Below are positions 26,552-40,559 of a stretch of DNA of 64,000 nucleotides, piece after piece. The translations under genes were made by a program, and so were the position numbers. The stretch is from the NCBI GenBank assembly GCA_051294905.1, contig CM119372.1, forward strand, positions 28,398,001 through 28,462,000. The letters are read 5' to 3'. The notes under the pieces are model-generated. The model had not been told where the DNA came from, searched no databases, and saw nothing but the letters and a program-made list of their open reading frames with translations. The DNA is from Botryllus schlosseri (lineage: Eukaryota). How positions within the stretch are numbered: the stretch's first letter is position 1; each line of letters starts with the position of its first letter.

Positions 26552-29211
26552 TGTTGCTATTGCAAAGCCACCATTCTCGCTTTAACCTACTCACAGCCCT
26601 GATAAAGGATATCGTCCAGCAACAACGTAACGACGGGAATGCGGCAAACTACTTTCCGTAGGAAGAATGCTATCTCAATTGAATATTTGAAACATGCGCA
26701 ATCAGCGGCCGTGATTAAGAAAAGCAAAATATATCACATCATTCAAAGCAGCGTTAGGCTATATATTTGACTTTGAACTTTGGATTTTCTATGAAGGATT
26801 TAAAAATTTCTGCAATGGTTATGTCGATTTTGACCATTAGGCTAGATTACAGCACTACCCGCTCGGTGCAGATACCGATTGCAGATTTGGCGTAACATAG
26901 CCCGATCACAGGACGTGCGAGTTCTAGGCTCATTGGCCTTATATAAAATATATACGATTGCTTCGCGAATTCTCAATTTTTCAGTGTTCAGCTTCGTCGA
27001 AGAATATACTTGGCGAAAAAGTAGACGCTCTCATCTCCTGCAAGGAGGGTTCATAACGTAAATAAAATAGCAGTGTTATCCGAACCCTGTTCCGTAGGCT
27101 CCGCGGGCACGAGAGACAGCGACTCGAGTGGTTCTTCTCAGGGATATCTAGACTTCAGATATCTACTTTTCAATAATTATCTCTTGTTTGATAGTAGATG
27201 ACGAATATCTGCTGATAATATGGGAGTGCACCGCAAAGGATGGTGCGAGAGACAGATAGAGAGGCTGATACAGTTTTATTGAATAGTTTTGCAATCGAAA
27301 TTATATTACAAGGTGAAGCGACACGATCCAGTCAGCTGCATTGGTGGAGTACAACAGCGTTTATGCTATATTAAATCGAGTGTTGCGTCATGACTAAATT
27401 GAGAACAGATCGAACGGTGGGAGGTTGCAACATCAACAGAGTAACAGGCAACAATATTAAACTAAGCAACGAAATACTTAAATTCAATAAATATATATAC
27501 AAGTCTGGAAAGGTTTGGTTCGTGTGAACACGAGCTTTACACAAAATGTCCTCTCTCAGCATGAACGTAAACACAAACCAATAACATCACGTCATATTGC
27601 CGATTACAAACTCTGTGTACATTTATATTTAGCAGGTGGAAAAAGTAGTTACCTATAATTAATATATAATATAATATAATCGCAACAACAGTGACGTTCA
27701 GTAACATCACAGTCAGTTAATATAAAAGATCGATGAGGGCACTTGAGCTACACCTACATTAACAATCCCTGTCTACATCAAAGTATAGGCCTACTGCATA
27801 TTTACACACACATGTACCTGGGTGTCTACATGAATGCTCATTTGCATAGATAAATTTTAATCTTTGATCCCGCTTGACGGAATTAGCAAAGAAATGGATT
27901 TGCTTTATTAGTTCGGTATGACTTCTATTGCAAAGCGCTTCTGTATTTTCGTCCAAGCTGCTGTTTGAATAAAATACTGCCGCTGTAGTAGTCATTATTC
28001 AGAGTACGCATGAAGTAGTAAGCAATTGGAATGTTGTCACTCATGGCGACGCTACTTCAAATACACTTGAGGTCACTTTAACACCGTCAGGTCCGAGCTT
28101 TCGCACCCATTTTGCAGTATGGTTCGGAAATCTTCGCATTGTAAAAACTATTTTCCACCGGCGTCCAGCGACCAACCTAGACCATTTTTGATCTCATCTC
28201 ACATAGATAACTCAAAAGCGTCATTCTGTTATCTACATCCATAATAATATAGTGATATGTCCAGTAGAATTTCGACAATGAGCATAATTCATAACGTCAC
28301 GAGGTTTATCATAATTTAAAAGTCCAACGGCTACCAGGATTACTTTGTGAACTTCACAATCGACAGAAAGCTGAATGATTTCAGAGCCAAAAATCATTGG
28401 ACCAGTATATTTAAATCCATCATGGATTGGAAAATTCTCTAATAGATTTGGAATGCAAATCATATCGTCTGTTGGTCACTGTTTCTTATGTGTGCAGTGC
28501 AATCTCAGGTCGTTTTCAACAGAAAATATCGTTTGTCTGCACCACATAAGGCGATGCAGTAGCCTACCTGACACAAAACAGAGTAGGCCTAGTATAAGGT
28601 AGCAATTGCCATACGTCCGGATTTTGCCGGACATGTCCGCAATTTTGGTGTTTAAACTGCGTCCGGGAGGAAATGAAATTCTCCCATCTTTTTCTAGGTA
28701 ATGAACATTTTGAGCTCGCCAAAGTTATATACCTTAAACATGTCTGCAACTCGTTTACTATCTTTTACAAGGAACAGCAATAGGGTTTGGCTTAATCTAG
28801 TTCAGGGTTTCCTAAGCTATGAGACGTGGAAGTGAGAAGCAAAGTGTTTGAAGACAAGGCGCTACGAACTAGAAACACAACTACTGCACCCCAACCCCCC
28901 CAATTAATCATATGATATCGAATAACGTGGAATGCATTTTCACAGTCATCACCTTCACGATCTCTACAGCCAACTCTGGTCGCATGGGTGGAGAGAGGAT
29001 AATAATTTAACAGTGATTTACAGAAGAACCAATAGTATTGACAGAATTCATCCGAATGTCTGTAGTAACCACGTAAGCGAATGAAAAAGTAGCTAAATAT
29101 TGCGTTCGCTTTATTCCGGCTCGTTGGTGAATCACCAAATCCTGGGGATCGTGCAAACCCCTTAAAGGATCTGGTTCATGTCAACGCGAACTTTTTGGAA
29201 AGGTTCTGTGT

Positions 29212-31339
29212 CAGAAGTGGTCAACCTTTTTGGCCAAAGGGCCACATGAGATTTATTACGAATGATTGACCGCGCGGGCGACTTGAATGTTGATGACCTT
29301 TTTTAGACGTCCGATTGGAGCGAACCAAATTAGGTAACGTTGAAAACAAGACTTATATTACTACGCTTTAAAATTGATAACAATTATGTCATGAAAACTC
29401 TGTGTGCAACTGTGCAGTGTGCATTCATGTCCTGGTTGCGCCAAGCGTGAAATTTTTTCAACGGTAACGAATGAATTCGATCAATAAATGTGTTATTTGC
29501 ATGTATTGGGGGTTGCCTCTGTATACCACTGGGCTCATTTCGCAAGGACAGGATTATTCGAAGATTATACATAGCAATATCGAAGGTTACGCTGAGCATG
29601 CCTCTATCATTTTGTGCAAATGTTTCATCGCCGACGATCTCGTTGCGAGCGCACGAGCAAAGTCGCCTGTTGGACGACAAGTTATCTCCAAATTGCGAAC
29701 ATAGTTAGACTTAATTCTGTAAATTACGCGTATTTATAATTTTCAAGAGGAAGCTCCAATACTAAATGCAAGAAACAGAGCGACAATAAATCATGCGAAA
29801 TGCTAAGCGCATGATGAGAAATTGTGATCTAGAGGTAGACAACATTGTCAGAATAAAGCAACACGGTGAGTCACCAGCACTGTACGCCAGTGTTGGGATG
29901 ACTCGAGTCATGACTTGACTCGAGTCAGACTCGAGTCAACTTTTTCGTATGACTTGACTTGACTCGAGTCCCTTTGCAAAAATGACTTGACTTGACTTGA
30001 CTCGACGCTTCAAAAATGCGGATTGACTCGTGACTCGAAGCAAAATTTACGAGTCACTTTCAAGTCATCGATAAGTAAATGGTGTCGACTAAATCACTGC
30101 ATCATATCTATATTCGGACTATTCGCGATACGCCGGTGACACTCGCGAGAGCAACCACTTATTGTAAGTTTTACTAGTCCTCCATTGTTAGATCACAAAT
30201 AAATTGACCGCAAACGAAATGATCTCAGCTTACGTTGCCGTAGTAGTAGTAGATTAATTGCAACGTATCTTTGTTTCTTAGTCCGCTCAATGCTTACATT
30301 TATCAACCCGCATGTATGACTTAAAGCGAATGAATATAGTTTATGCGTTTATGTTCTCACGGATGTGTCGATGGGGAGTGTATTGTACCATTTTGATGAA
30401 ATTTCTCGGGGCTTCGTATTTGATCCTTTATTTTGGCTGATCATACCAAACTGTAGCAGGTAAACTATACAGTTACTCACGTATTTCATTAGCAGTTCCA
30501 CGTGTGCACGTGCGATACAACGCCTTTTTTGCATGTATATTTATCTTTATATTCCTTATTAGATTCAAGATAAATGGCTAATTAAGCGATCATTCATACA
30601 GCTGGCAAAATGTTATGACTTTAATTAAATGATCACTCATACTTCGAAAATTCAATTAACTTGAATTGTGACTTGACTCGTGACTTGACTTGACTTGACT
30701 CGACTTGACTCGAGTCACCTCCAAAAATCGAGTGAATTAACTTGACTCGAGTCAAAATTTGCAATGACTCGAGATGACTCGTGACTCGAAGGTAGTGACT
30801 TGATCCCAACACTGCTGTACGCATAACTTCAGTCTTGTCAGCCAACAGCTGCTGCTCCATTCTAGGCAATCTACTAAGTAAGGACAGACACTTTCTACCA
30901 GAGAATGTGGGAAAGTATCTTTCGTTGCACTACAACAAATTTTAATTATGTCTACCATATTGCGTGATGTAGCTACTGGAATTCTTCATAGGGCCAGATT
31001 TCGTTAAAAATAAGTTTTTCATGAAAAAATTGGCCAGTTTTTAAGTCAAAAACGTTTTTTCAGGCCAAACTACTTCTTGAGGACAGACAGTTCCAACCAG
31101 AAATGAAGACAAGTATAGTACAATTTTAACACAATGTGCGAAAACACCTAATTTGCATACATTAGGTCAAAATTTGGTCAAAATCAATTTTTTTAATTCA
31201 AAAAAGATCAAAATTTTGATTTTTTTAGGTCAAAATCTTTCGTTTTTTAGGTAAAAAAATGGCCTTCGTTATAACTGATTTGAAGACTTACCTCGTGGGC
31301 CACAAAAGCTTCTCACGGGCCACGGGTTGGCTGCCCCTG
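29212..31339. mobile_element. hAT-type element nested in a TAGGGATGG-family MITE (~29144-32549), with further insertions inside
   Basis: CAGAAGTGGTCAACC...GGTTGGCTGCCCCTG with TSD TTCTGTGT/TTATGTGT; the host MITE resumes on both sides. Confidence 0.65.
29888..30814 (+). mobile_element. hAT MITE, CAGTGTTGGGAT family, copy 1
   Basis: 12-bp TIR; TSD CTGTACGC; GACTCGAGTC/GACTT subterminal repeats; a paralogous empty site lies at ~36500. Confidence 0.95.
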
Positions 31340-32598
31340 TTATGTGTGAACGCGACCGTGAAGACGATCCGATGACGTCATGTGACGTCATATTGCTAAT
31401 TATAACCGTACATTTCAGTAATGTAGGCACTGTAGGCTACATACACGATACCCACAGCACCGACTCCGGCCATATTATTCGCCAATGCTGTAGTGCATTC
31501 TGACTTTTTAAAGATCACCAAATGCATCAACTGGAACAATCAAAAGCTATATTAATCCCATAAAATAAATATCTTCCGTCGCTTTGCCAACACTTATTAG
31601 CTTGCACCTTACCGGTGTAGAGCACTGGCTCCCTCTCTTTGCTATCCGTTACGGAACAGTACCCCATCACGTGACTTATCGCTGGTATATAACATAGTGC
31701 ATATCGTATATTGACTCAGAGAGACTCATGTACGCTGTATAACCTACTGCTTGAAACACGCACCATCCGTACAATATATCTGGAAAAGGCAATATTGTCG
31801 TCTATTGAACTGTCTGTCAAGATCTCACTCAGGACGCGTTCGTATCAGCTACTGCCAGTTAAGTATTTTGTAAGCTGCTATCCGTAACATACGGACTTGC
31901 TGTAAATACCATCGCAGACTATCTGACAGACACCTCCTCCCATCGCAACGATTTAGGCTAGACCGGACAATAATGTATTCGGATTCTGACTATCGCTAGA
32001 TTGATAGTGATCAGAGTGTAAAACGAAATTCTATACTACTACTGTACTTCTATTAAAGTTATGCAGTAGCCAACTACTCAACCACACGGATTTCGTCTCT
32101 TAGATTTTTTACAGCGATGTAGGCTATTCTTCATGTTAATTTGAGTGACTAATTGAATAAGCACAGTTCGCTGACTCTAAATAGTGTATTTTGCTTTTAA
32201 TGTTGTGAGATTGCGGGTCAAGCTCACAGCAGAGAGTCACTAAATATTCACAAAGGGTAGGCTGAATATTTCGAGCAAACTATGTACCAAAGCAAGTTAA
32301 ATTTTTGAAATTGGCATGGCGCGTTTAGTGTTGAATATATTTTTATGCTGCTAGCGCCATGCAGAGATTGGTCCGAAGTCGAAATGCGAAGAATTTAACC
32401 CAAAGATTTTATAATGACTTAAAAATCGTAATGAAGGAAAAAGGCTCACAGTGCAGAACCTACCAAGGATCGTTAATGAACGCTAACCTCTAAATTCTGA
32501 AGTTCACACACAGAACGCGAACGTGAACGTCACGTTAACACCATCCCTACTAAATACTATACTTCACTACACTACAGAAACAGTTCATTAATGTTGAC

Positions 32599-34341
32599 TA
32601 GGGATGGTGTGAACCTCTGAAAGGTTCAGGTTCGTGTGAACACGAACCTTTTTGGAAGGTTCTGTGTGAATGCAAGAGTGAACCTCATGACGTCACGTGA
32701 CGTCATATTGCTAATTCCAACCTTACATTTCAGTGAAGTGATAGCCTATAATAATGTACACGATACCTAGCGACGATCGGGCCACATAATGCCACAATTC
32801 TAAAGTACATATTGACGTTTTAAACGTCGCCAAACTGGGGCAATCAAATGATACAATAATTCCATAAAATCGATATCTTCCGTCGCTCTGTCAACAATTT
32901 CGACGGGGACTTGCTAGGGAATATAAGCTTACGTCTGACCGGTCTAGCAGACCGGACGATGTATTCGGCGTTTGAGTGTTGCTACATCAGACAGCGATAT
33001 CAGCTTCTTTGATTGGTTGAATAAGCATCATTCGCTGACTACATACCAGTGTTGGGATCAAGTCACTACCTTCGAGTCACGAGTCATTTCGAGTCACTGC
33101 ACATTTTGACTCGAGTCAAGTCAAGTCAATCGATTTTCGAAGGTGACTCGAGTCAAGTCAAGTCAGTCGATTTTTGGAGGTGACTCGAGTCAAGTCGAGT
33201 CAAGTCAAGTCAAGTCACGAGTCAAGTCAAAATTCAAGTCAAGTTGCCTTCTAGAAGTATGAAGCATGATTACGTCATTGCACTTCGCTAGGTGTCTGAA
33301 TAACAGATTGATTGGTCATTTATTCTGAACCGATGAACGTATATAGAGTTGAATATACTTGCAATAAGGGGTTGCATCGCTCACATAAACGTAGAACTGT
33401 TGAACTACGTAAGTAATTGCATAGCCTCATTTTATAGTTACCAGCCAAGATAGAGAGAGTTGAGAAACGAATTGAGAAGATGCAATACAGTATACCCATT
33501 TATACATATTGATATGATACAATTCGAGTCAGCGCCAATGGTTGAGGAGTATATAAACTATATTCGATTACAATTTCAATAAAACAAGAGGTTCGGTTAA
33601 GGTAAGAACAGAGAACACAAATATATATTTTGCTATTAAATTACTTTTATACTAGTTTACGACAACGTAAGCTGTAGCTTCGATCACTTCGTTTGTGATA
33701 GAATATTGGGAGCTCAGTAAAACGCACGATCATTTAATGATCGGTCGCTCTCATGAATTACACAAAAGTTTGGCGAACAATCCGAACAAAATGCAAGATG
33801 CAAGATGAGGTGATTTTTACTTGATGACTTGAAATTGACTCGTCAATTTTGCTCCGAGTCACGAGTCAATCCACATTTCTGATACGCCGAGTCAAGTCAA
33901 GTTAAGTCATTTTAGCAAAGTGACTCGAGTCAAGTCAAGTCATACGAAAAAGTCATGACTTGAGTCATCCCAACACTGCTACATACATGTACTGAATTTC
34001 GCTCTTGATGTTGTGTGATTGCGGGTCAAGCTCACAGCAGTGAGTCACTAAATATTCGAGCAAACTTCTGTAACAAAGCAAGTAAAATTTTGGAGATTGT
34101 CAAATTGCATGCTCGTTCAGTGATGATTTTTTCATGTTGCCAGTGACATGCACATATAGTGTCCCGCAGTTGAAATGCAATAAATTTCCACCAAAGATGT
34201 TAGAATGAAGTGAAAATTGTAATATATGAAAAAAGTTCACAGTGCAAAATCGACCAAGGTTCGTTTGTGAACGTGAACCTTTAAATTTCTGAGGTTCACA
34301 CACAGAACGCGAACGTGAACTTCACATTCACACCATCCCTA
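32599..34341 (+). mobile_element. hAT-type MITE (TAGGGATGGTGTGAA TIR) containing a nested MITE
   Basis: TIR TAGGGATGGTGTGAA...TTCACACCATCCCTA; TSD ATGTTGAC/TTGTTGAC. Confidence 0.9.
33047..33978 (-). mobile_element. CAGTGTTGGGAT MITE, copy 2
   Basis: TIRs; TSD CTACATAC. Confidence 0.95.
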
Positions 34342-34805
34342 TTGTTGACATTAGTCGTAAAGCGACGTTGAAGCGAGAGTTCCGTTTATTGAGAGGGATG
34401 TAATAACTGTCAAGAAATCACAGTAACATGCGGGCATTGAAAAGGCAGCGGAAGCATTCACGAATTGGTGATCAAACAATCAACAATCAGATGAGCGCGC
34501 TTTGTAGAGTCGTTACACTACCCTCTCCGATGACGCGGATCCTCAAAACCGTAATGCGAGATGGAGGATGCGTGTTGCGTTTCGATCTTCGTGCACCCTT
34601 TCGAATGAGTCGGTATTATGACAGACGGACTGTTGGCTGAATCTGAGAGGAGGAAGACTCGCTAGCCAAATGTTCGTGTCTTAATAGAAAAAAGTGTATG
34701 TGGATTATTATCATTAAAACAATATTTTTCAATCCCTATCATTGTTTTGAATAATTACACAGACTGAATATAAATTTTTAATATTATCCCTCACTTACTC
34801 ATTAC

Positions 34806-36976
34806 TAGGGCAATTTTATTTTGACATGTCAAAAAAAGTCAAAATTCAGTCAAAATTGTAGCGTTAGGTTGAAAAATGTCAAAATTGTTTATAAAGTCGA
34901 AATTGTTTTACAACCTGTATTTCGTTTGTATCGTAGATTTTGCACTGTCGGTAGACTTATCATTTGACATTTTATAGCTTGTATCCTTCTTTATAATCAC
35001 GGTTGCCATACCGTCCTTATTTCTAAGATTTGTCCTTATTTTGAGGGTCCAGGTCTTAAAAAACTCAACAGTCCTTATTTCTAAGAAATGTCCTTGTTTT
35101 CGACTTGCGTCCTTATTTTGTCTTATTTTCAAGAACTATAGAACTTCGATAGTTTTCCTTCGGTATCTGTGTGGCATAATATTCTAAAATTATGCTTTGT
35201 TATGCTTCGACACTATAAATGAAAGAAACTCCCTTTGCGTACACACCACGGGATCTGACTTATAAGTAGTGAGATAGCTAGGGTAGTGAGTGGTATAACA
35301 GGTTCGGCTCTACCTGCAGCGGGCGTCATTTTGGCAGTAAACAGCAGTACCAGGTTTCTGCTGTTTAGTCTACATCAGAATAAGCTGTGGGTAAGGCAGC
35401 ATTTATTGCGTAGTGAAAAAGGGTGCAGTGCAGTCGACACTTGGTAAAAGTAGCAAAGCTATAAATCATTTATAAATTTATATTGCACATACAGTTTTAG
35501 CTCTTAATAAGGCTAAATCTGATTAGTCAAAATGAGCTAACGTAAAAACATTTTTCGTGACGACTATGAGAGAAAATTCAAAGGTATCAAACGAAGCTTG
35601 AAGGGCGAGTGCTTCGCACATTGCAATATCTGCAATTGTGACATTAACCTGGACGCCATCGAAAATACCGCCATTTCAACTCACATTGATACCCAAAAAA
35701 ACCAAGAAGTGTGTCATAATGATTAGTTCGAGCCAGGCGATGAATATGTTTTTTGACAAGTCGATCAGCACCAACGACCACAGACTACATGACAGCTTCT
35801 GCTGACGGTACCTGAGCATCCCAATACTGTCAAACACCAGCAATCATTCATCACTAACGATTGCACATCGCAATTGTTCAAAGTAATATTCCCCGATTCC
35901 AACATCGCAAAGAAGTTTGCTTCGGCCAAGACTAGGACTACAAGCATTGTTACTGGTGTTCTTGCTCCATACGCTCAAAATGTTCTTTTTCTTCTGAACT
36001 TGGTGTACAGCCTTTTTCCTTCTCGGTTGACGCCTCTAATTACAACTTAGTGAAATGGCAGTCACACCCCAGCTACAAGTAAAGGCAAACCTAGACCTGA
36101 GCTGTCGTGAGATCCATGAAGCACCTTCTAATAACAAGGAATTGCCGGAGCAGATTGTTTCTGGCAAAAAGTATGAAGTGTGATATGCCACGGCTTCGTA
36201 ATGCACAAAAAAATATTTTTAATCCTAATCTAATTTTGGACTGTCCTTATTTTTGGGTCCATGTTGATGGCAACCCTGTTTATAGGCCCACCGTTGTAGA
36301 CGACCCATTGTCTGCTCATTGTGAATCATAAACATCCAAATGAAACAAATAGGTTGACATGGTGTTATGCTCAGCGTACCGCAATATCCTAACTGAAGCA
36401 AGACTGCGTGGGCATTGCATGGTTCTTATATCAAGAATCGCATGATGAAAAATTGTGATGTAGACACCATTGCCAGAATGAAGCAACACGGTGTGTCACC
36501 AGCAGTGTACGCGCAACTTCAGTGTCGTCAGCCAACAACTGCTGCTGTTGAACTTTCTTTCCCCATTCTTGGCAAGCTACCTGGTAAGGACAGACACTTC
36601 CTACCCGAGAATGTAGGAATGTATATTTCGTTATACTACAACAAATTTTAATTATTTCTACCATAGTACGTGATGTAGCCTAACTATTGGATTTCTTCAT
36701 AGGGCCAGATTTCGGTAAAATAAAGTTTTTTCATGTAAAAATTGGTCAGTTTTTGAGTCGAATAAGTGTTTTCAGGCCAAATTACTTTGTAAGGACAGAC
36801 AGTTCCAACCACAAATGAAGGTCAGTAGTACAAATCTAATATTATGTAAGAAAACACCTAATTTGCATACGTTAGGTCGAAATTTTGTCAAAATTAAGTT
36901 TTTTACGGTCAAAAATGTCAAGATTTTGATATTTTAGGTCTACATCTTCCGTTTTTTAGGTAAAAAAATCGCCCTA
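34806..36976. mobile_element. TIR element with 10-bp flanking direct repeat (possibly Mutator-like)
   Basis: TAGGGCAATTTT...AAAATCGCCCTA flanked by TACTCATTAC on both sides; GTCAAAA subterminal repeats. Confidence 0.7.
34998..36278 (+). mobile_element. Deleted hAT element with zinc-finger/transposase remnant
   Basis: TIR CACGGTTGCCAT...ATGGCAACCCTG. ~35530-36050 translates with disruptions to ...FKGIKRSLKGECFAHCNICNCDINLDAIENTAISTH... (BED-like) and FKVIFPDSNIAKKFASAKTRTTSIV. Confidence 0.7.
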
Positions 36977-37519
36977 TACTCATTACTATTAATCCATATC
37001 CACTCAGCAGTTTGTGTTAGCAATGTATTTAAGTGCTTTAAATTTGGAAATTGTGTATAAATTATAAATTATTAGAGATTAGCACGTCATAGAATAGTTT
37101 AAACTTTTGTCTCGACCCGCCAATGTATTATCGGGTTCTCATTTGGCCCGTTGAAAAAATATTTGCTAGCCCATGATAAAGGAAGACCAAAAAGCATTGA
37201 AATACTGTGCTGTTCCGTGATAATTGAAGTACAGTGCGATGTAGGCTACTGCAGTAGCCTAATTGGCCTTGATCGAAAAATGCAAAAGAGTCCGTTATAT
37301 ACCTTCAGGTTAGTTGTATCGTACAGTAAGTCGATACCAAATGGATCCAGACTATATATAATATACATTGTGTATACTAGTGCCGGTCTCCCCAACCTTT
37401 TTGAAACCAAGAGCTTATACACCGATAATTCGAAGGGCTAAATGTTACTCCCGACGTTCACACGCCTATAATTCAATTTCTTCACTTTGACATTAGGAGC
37501 ATTGAACAGGACAGGCTTC

Positions 37520-37772
37520 GTGATCATTACCAAATAAAGATAACTCTTCCTGGGACTCACGCCAGCGACTCCAAGTTCAGTTGCGTAGTCGCAGCCGAAG
37601 CGCAAATGTATGCGCCGAGGCTCGGGGATATTAACGAGATTCCCGTTCGGACTTCGCGGAAGGTGCAGGCGAGTAACGCCCCCGACCTAAAAGAGCGTTC
37701 TCGTGTTACTTACGACTGACCCGTGTTCGACTGCTTATCACACGCAATTCTTCTCCACTCGACCTTCAAAGC
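37520..37772 (-). pseudogene. Diverged 28S rRNA fragment
   Basis: The plus strand matches antisense LSU motifs from memory (AAAGATAACTCTTCC, GGGGATATTAAC..GATTCCC.TTCG, CGACTGACCCGTGTTCGACTGCT, TTCTCCACTCGACCTTCAAAG). Confidence 0.75.
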
Positions 37773-37774
37773 TC

Positions 37775-37926
37775 CATGATCCACCTAAGCGGTGACAAAA
37801 GCCTAGAAGTAGGCCGTGCTACAAGTCGGTAAATACGGAATAAAAAATAAAAAGAGTATCGGCCTGGTGTGAAATGACCAATGTAGTCGAAACACCATGA
37901 ATATCAAACGAACAAACAAACAAACT
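37775..37926 (+). mobile_element. SINE 3' portion with (CAAA)n tail
   Basis: Homologous to the 3' half of the minus-strand element at 45190-45465. Confidence 0.7.
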
Positions 37927-40559
37927 GACCTATGTTCTAGCTACTGCTGTGCACATGTAATCCTTCTCCACTTGGGCCTTCAAAGCTCGCAGTTACACAT
38001 TTGGTACTGCCACCAAAGGTGGCTTGGCTATTCCTTACGGGCGAACTGGTTCCCGCCAGCACTGCGTTAGTGATTCCTGGTCTAGTGTCTAGCACACCCA
38101 TATACGAATAGAATAGTATTGTATTAAGCCATGCAGCATGGGCTGAAACGGTATTTTGATCGAATGAAGAAGCCATTGTTCGGGTTATCCGGTGTTCGAA
38201 ACAATCTGATTTGACTGTATTTCGTTTCGCAGAGCGAGCAAAAGAATAAAAAAGTCTGAATCTTTTAACTTGAATACCGGAATATCACGTGATGCGTTAT
38301 CCATCGAATCTACTGATTGAATTTGTCACTATGTCAAATAAAGAGACATATATAGTTTCATCAATGAACAGACCTGGTGAAAAAGGATTCAGCTGCCCGA
38401 GAAGCTCCCCTCCATATACACACGTCAGGGATATATATATAGTGTTGCATTTGAAACAAAAACTTTGTTGAAAACAGGTTCTTAACAGTGTTTTAAACAA
38501 ATGCCTTAAAATTTTTTTAAAAGTTGGTATGCAATAATCGTGTAAATACTTTCCGAAAAACATGTTGTATGAGCCTACGGACGATTACCACCCGATATAA
38601 CCGACGAATACCAAACGGGATGGTTGAAAACCTTAAGATAGTCATTCAACAGCTATAATACATAGATATTTCGTCAAATGAGCTACATTTCCCCTATATT
38701 TCAAATCGTCAATGTCAATCCACTATGGCGTCACAATTGACTGGAGTTATGAAAATCTCTGACATGCAATACAGACTATTTCTTCTGACCATACTAGTTT
38801 CGAAAAAAGAAAATTACCACAAAGCGACTCTCAAGTGCTTAGGATCTGATGCAACGCTGACAATGCCAGAATTGAAGTTGTAAAGGTGAATGGCTACAAA
38901 TATATGAGCGTCAGAATTGAGTTGATCATTTAATGGTCGAACTTGATGATCATCACGGTGGCCCACTAATCCACCCCTTACTATATGCTATGTAAAATAA
39001 TTTCCATTTACCGGCAGGTACAAATAGAGTGCGTAAATTGCATATTAGGCTCAACGGAATTTTCACCAATGTTTGGGTGCAGAAATCCACGTTGGAGGTA
39101 TACGCATATAGCAGAATCTTACTAGTAATTTATGGAAGATAGGCCATACAATCATTAGAAGTCGCGAAGCAGTTACGTCACTGCGAGAAGACTTCTCTGA
39201 CTGAAAAAGTCAATACGGCAAATACGGTAAGAATCAAATCCCTATCGCTGCATTAATTCAAATCTAGGCGGATTTCCAGCGGAGTTGTTAATCGCTATTG
39301 TGCATTGTCTGGAGAATGCAGTGCGGTATGTACTCACTCTCCGATGTATGTATTCAATATCCTGTAATTGCATACCGCTATATGAAGCATGAGTGGGGCA
39401 TTGTGATGTGCGGCGTTTCATTTAGGACTGTGTTTTGTCACGCAGGATATGCTCTTACGAGTATCTATATCATTCGCTGTATGGTTTTTACAGTGTCGTT
39501 CAGTGTATTCATGATAAATTGATTTCAATACAGAATACCTTCCGGACTTGTAAAGTTGAGGTATAGAAATTAATTCTGTAACGGATATGATATGAATCGT
39601 GAATAATGTATCATGATAAACGAAATTGTGGTGTTTTCCATTCACAAGATTTTATTTCAAAACATATGGGACGATTTCCATTAGGGTGAACAGTATCATA
39701 CATGCGTGATCGCGAATGTCTCATTCAGGAATCGTATAAAGATTCGTCTCTATGGTAAAATGCAACAAATTCCAAACCAGCGGTTCTTAACCTTTAATAA
39801 ATAACCTGTCACATGATAGCATAATATAGTTGATGTTCAATCCGCTCCCTATAGTCGCATCAGCTCAAATTACACGAGATTTCCACAAAAGAATGCAAGC
39901 AACTTAATTGAGTTGATAAGTTATGTATATACCGAATGCGAATTTAAGAATATCTCTTTATACATGAAGCGGAAAGACCTCATTTGACTTTCTGAATCCC
40001 TATTCACGTTACACACCCGAAGGGAGGGCTTGTCAATTACATCTGGTATTTTAATTCATCTGTCAGTTATGGATAGACTGATGAATTCATTTGCTCTGTC
40101 AGAACAATGTTTGCAAACGATTTCAGAAGACCAGAGAGGCTTTTCGAAATTCAAGCGTCTCTGGATGACACATCTCACTTTTCCGCCGCCTCTGTAAATA
40201 TCTTAGGAAGCAAATACTCAAATGATTTCATTAATGTAGGCTACTTCACTATTGAAGTCAATGTTATTTCACTATTGAACACTATAAATTTGTCACGCTC
40301 GTATTTATGGCTTGCCTACGACAGGGTGACATAGGCTGATTCTTCCGCTAATAGTATACAGCAACTACAAACAACCATCCCATTTTCTGACCACTACATC
40401 TAGATAATCTGGTGCACGTCCAACTAAACTATATGTAAAATTCACCCCTCGTGATCAGTAAATTTGTCTGTGATTAATACGGGTTCAAAAATAATTATTA
40501 AATATTTAGTCCTGCTACAGCCTACACTCGTACAGTATTAAACCTAAAAATTTGGACCA

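Noticed and set aside
27190..27260. Possible fourth exon of gene A (VDDEYLLIIWEC...)
   Set aside because: No counterpart in paralogs B or C; exon 3 reaches a stop without further splicing.
27759..28463. Short minus-strand ORFs that might be one decayed gene
   Set aside because: No recognisable family or splice structure.
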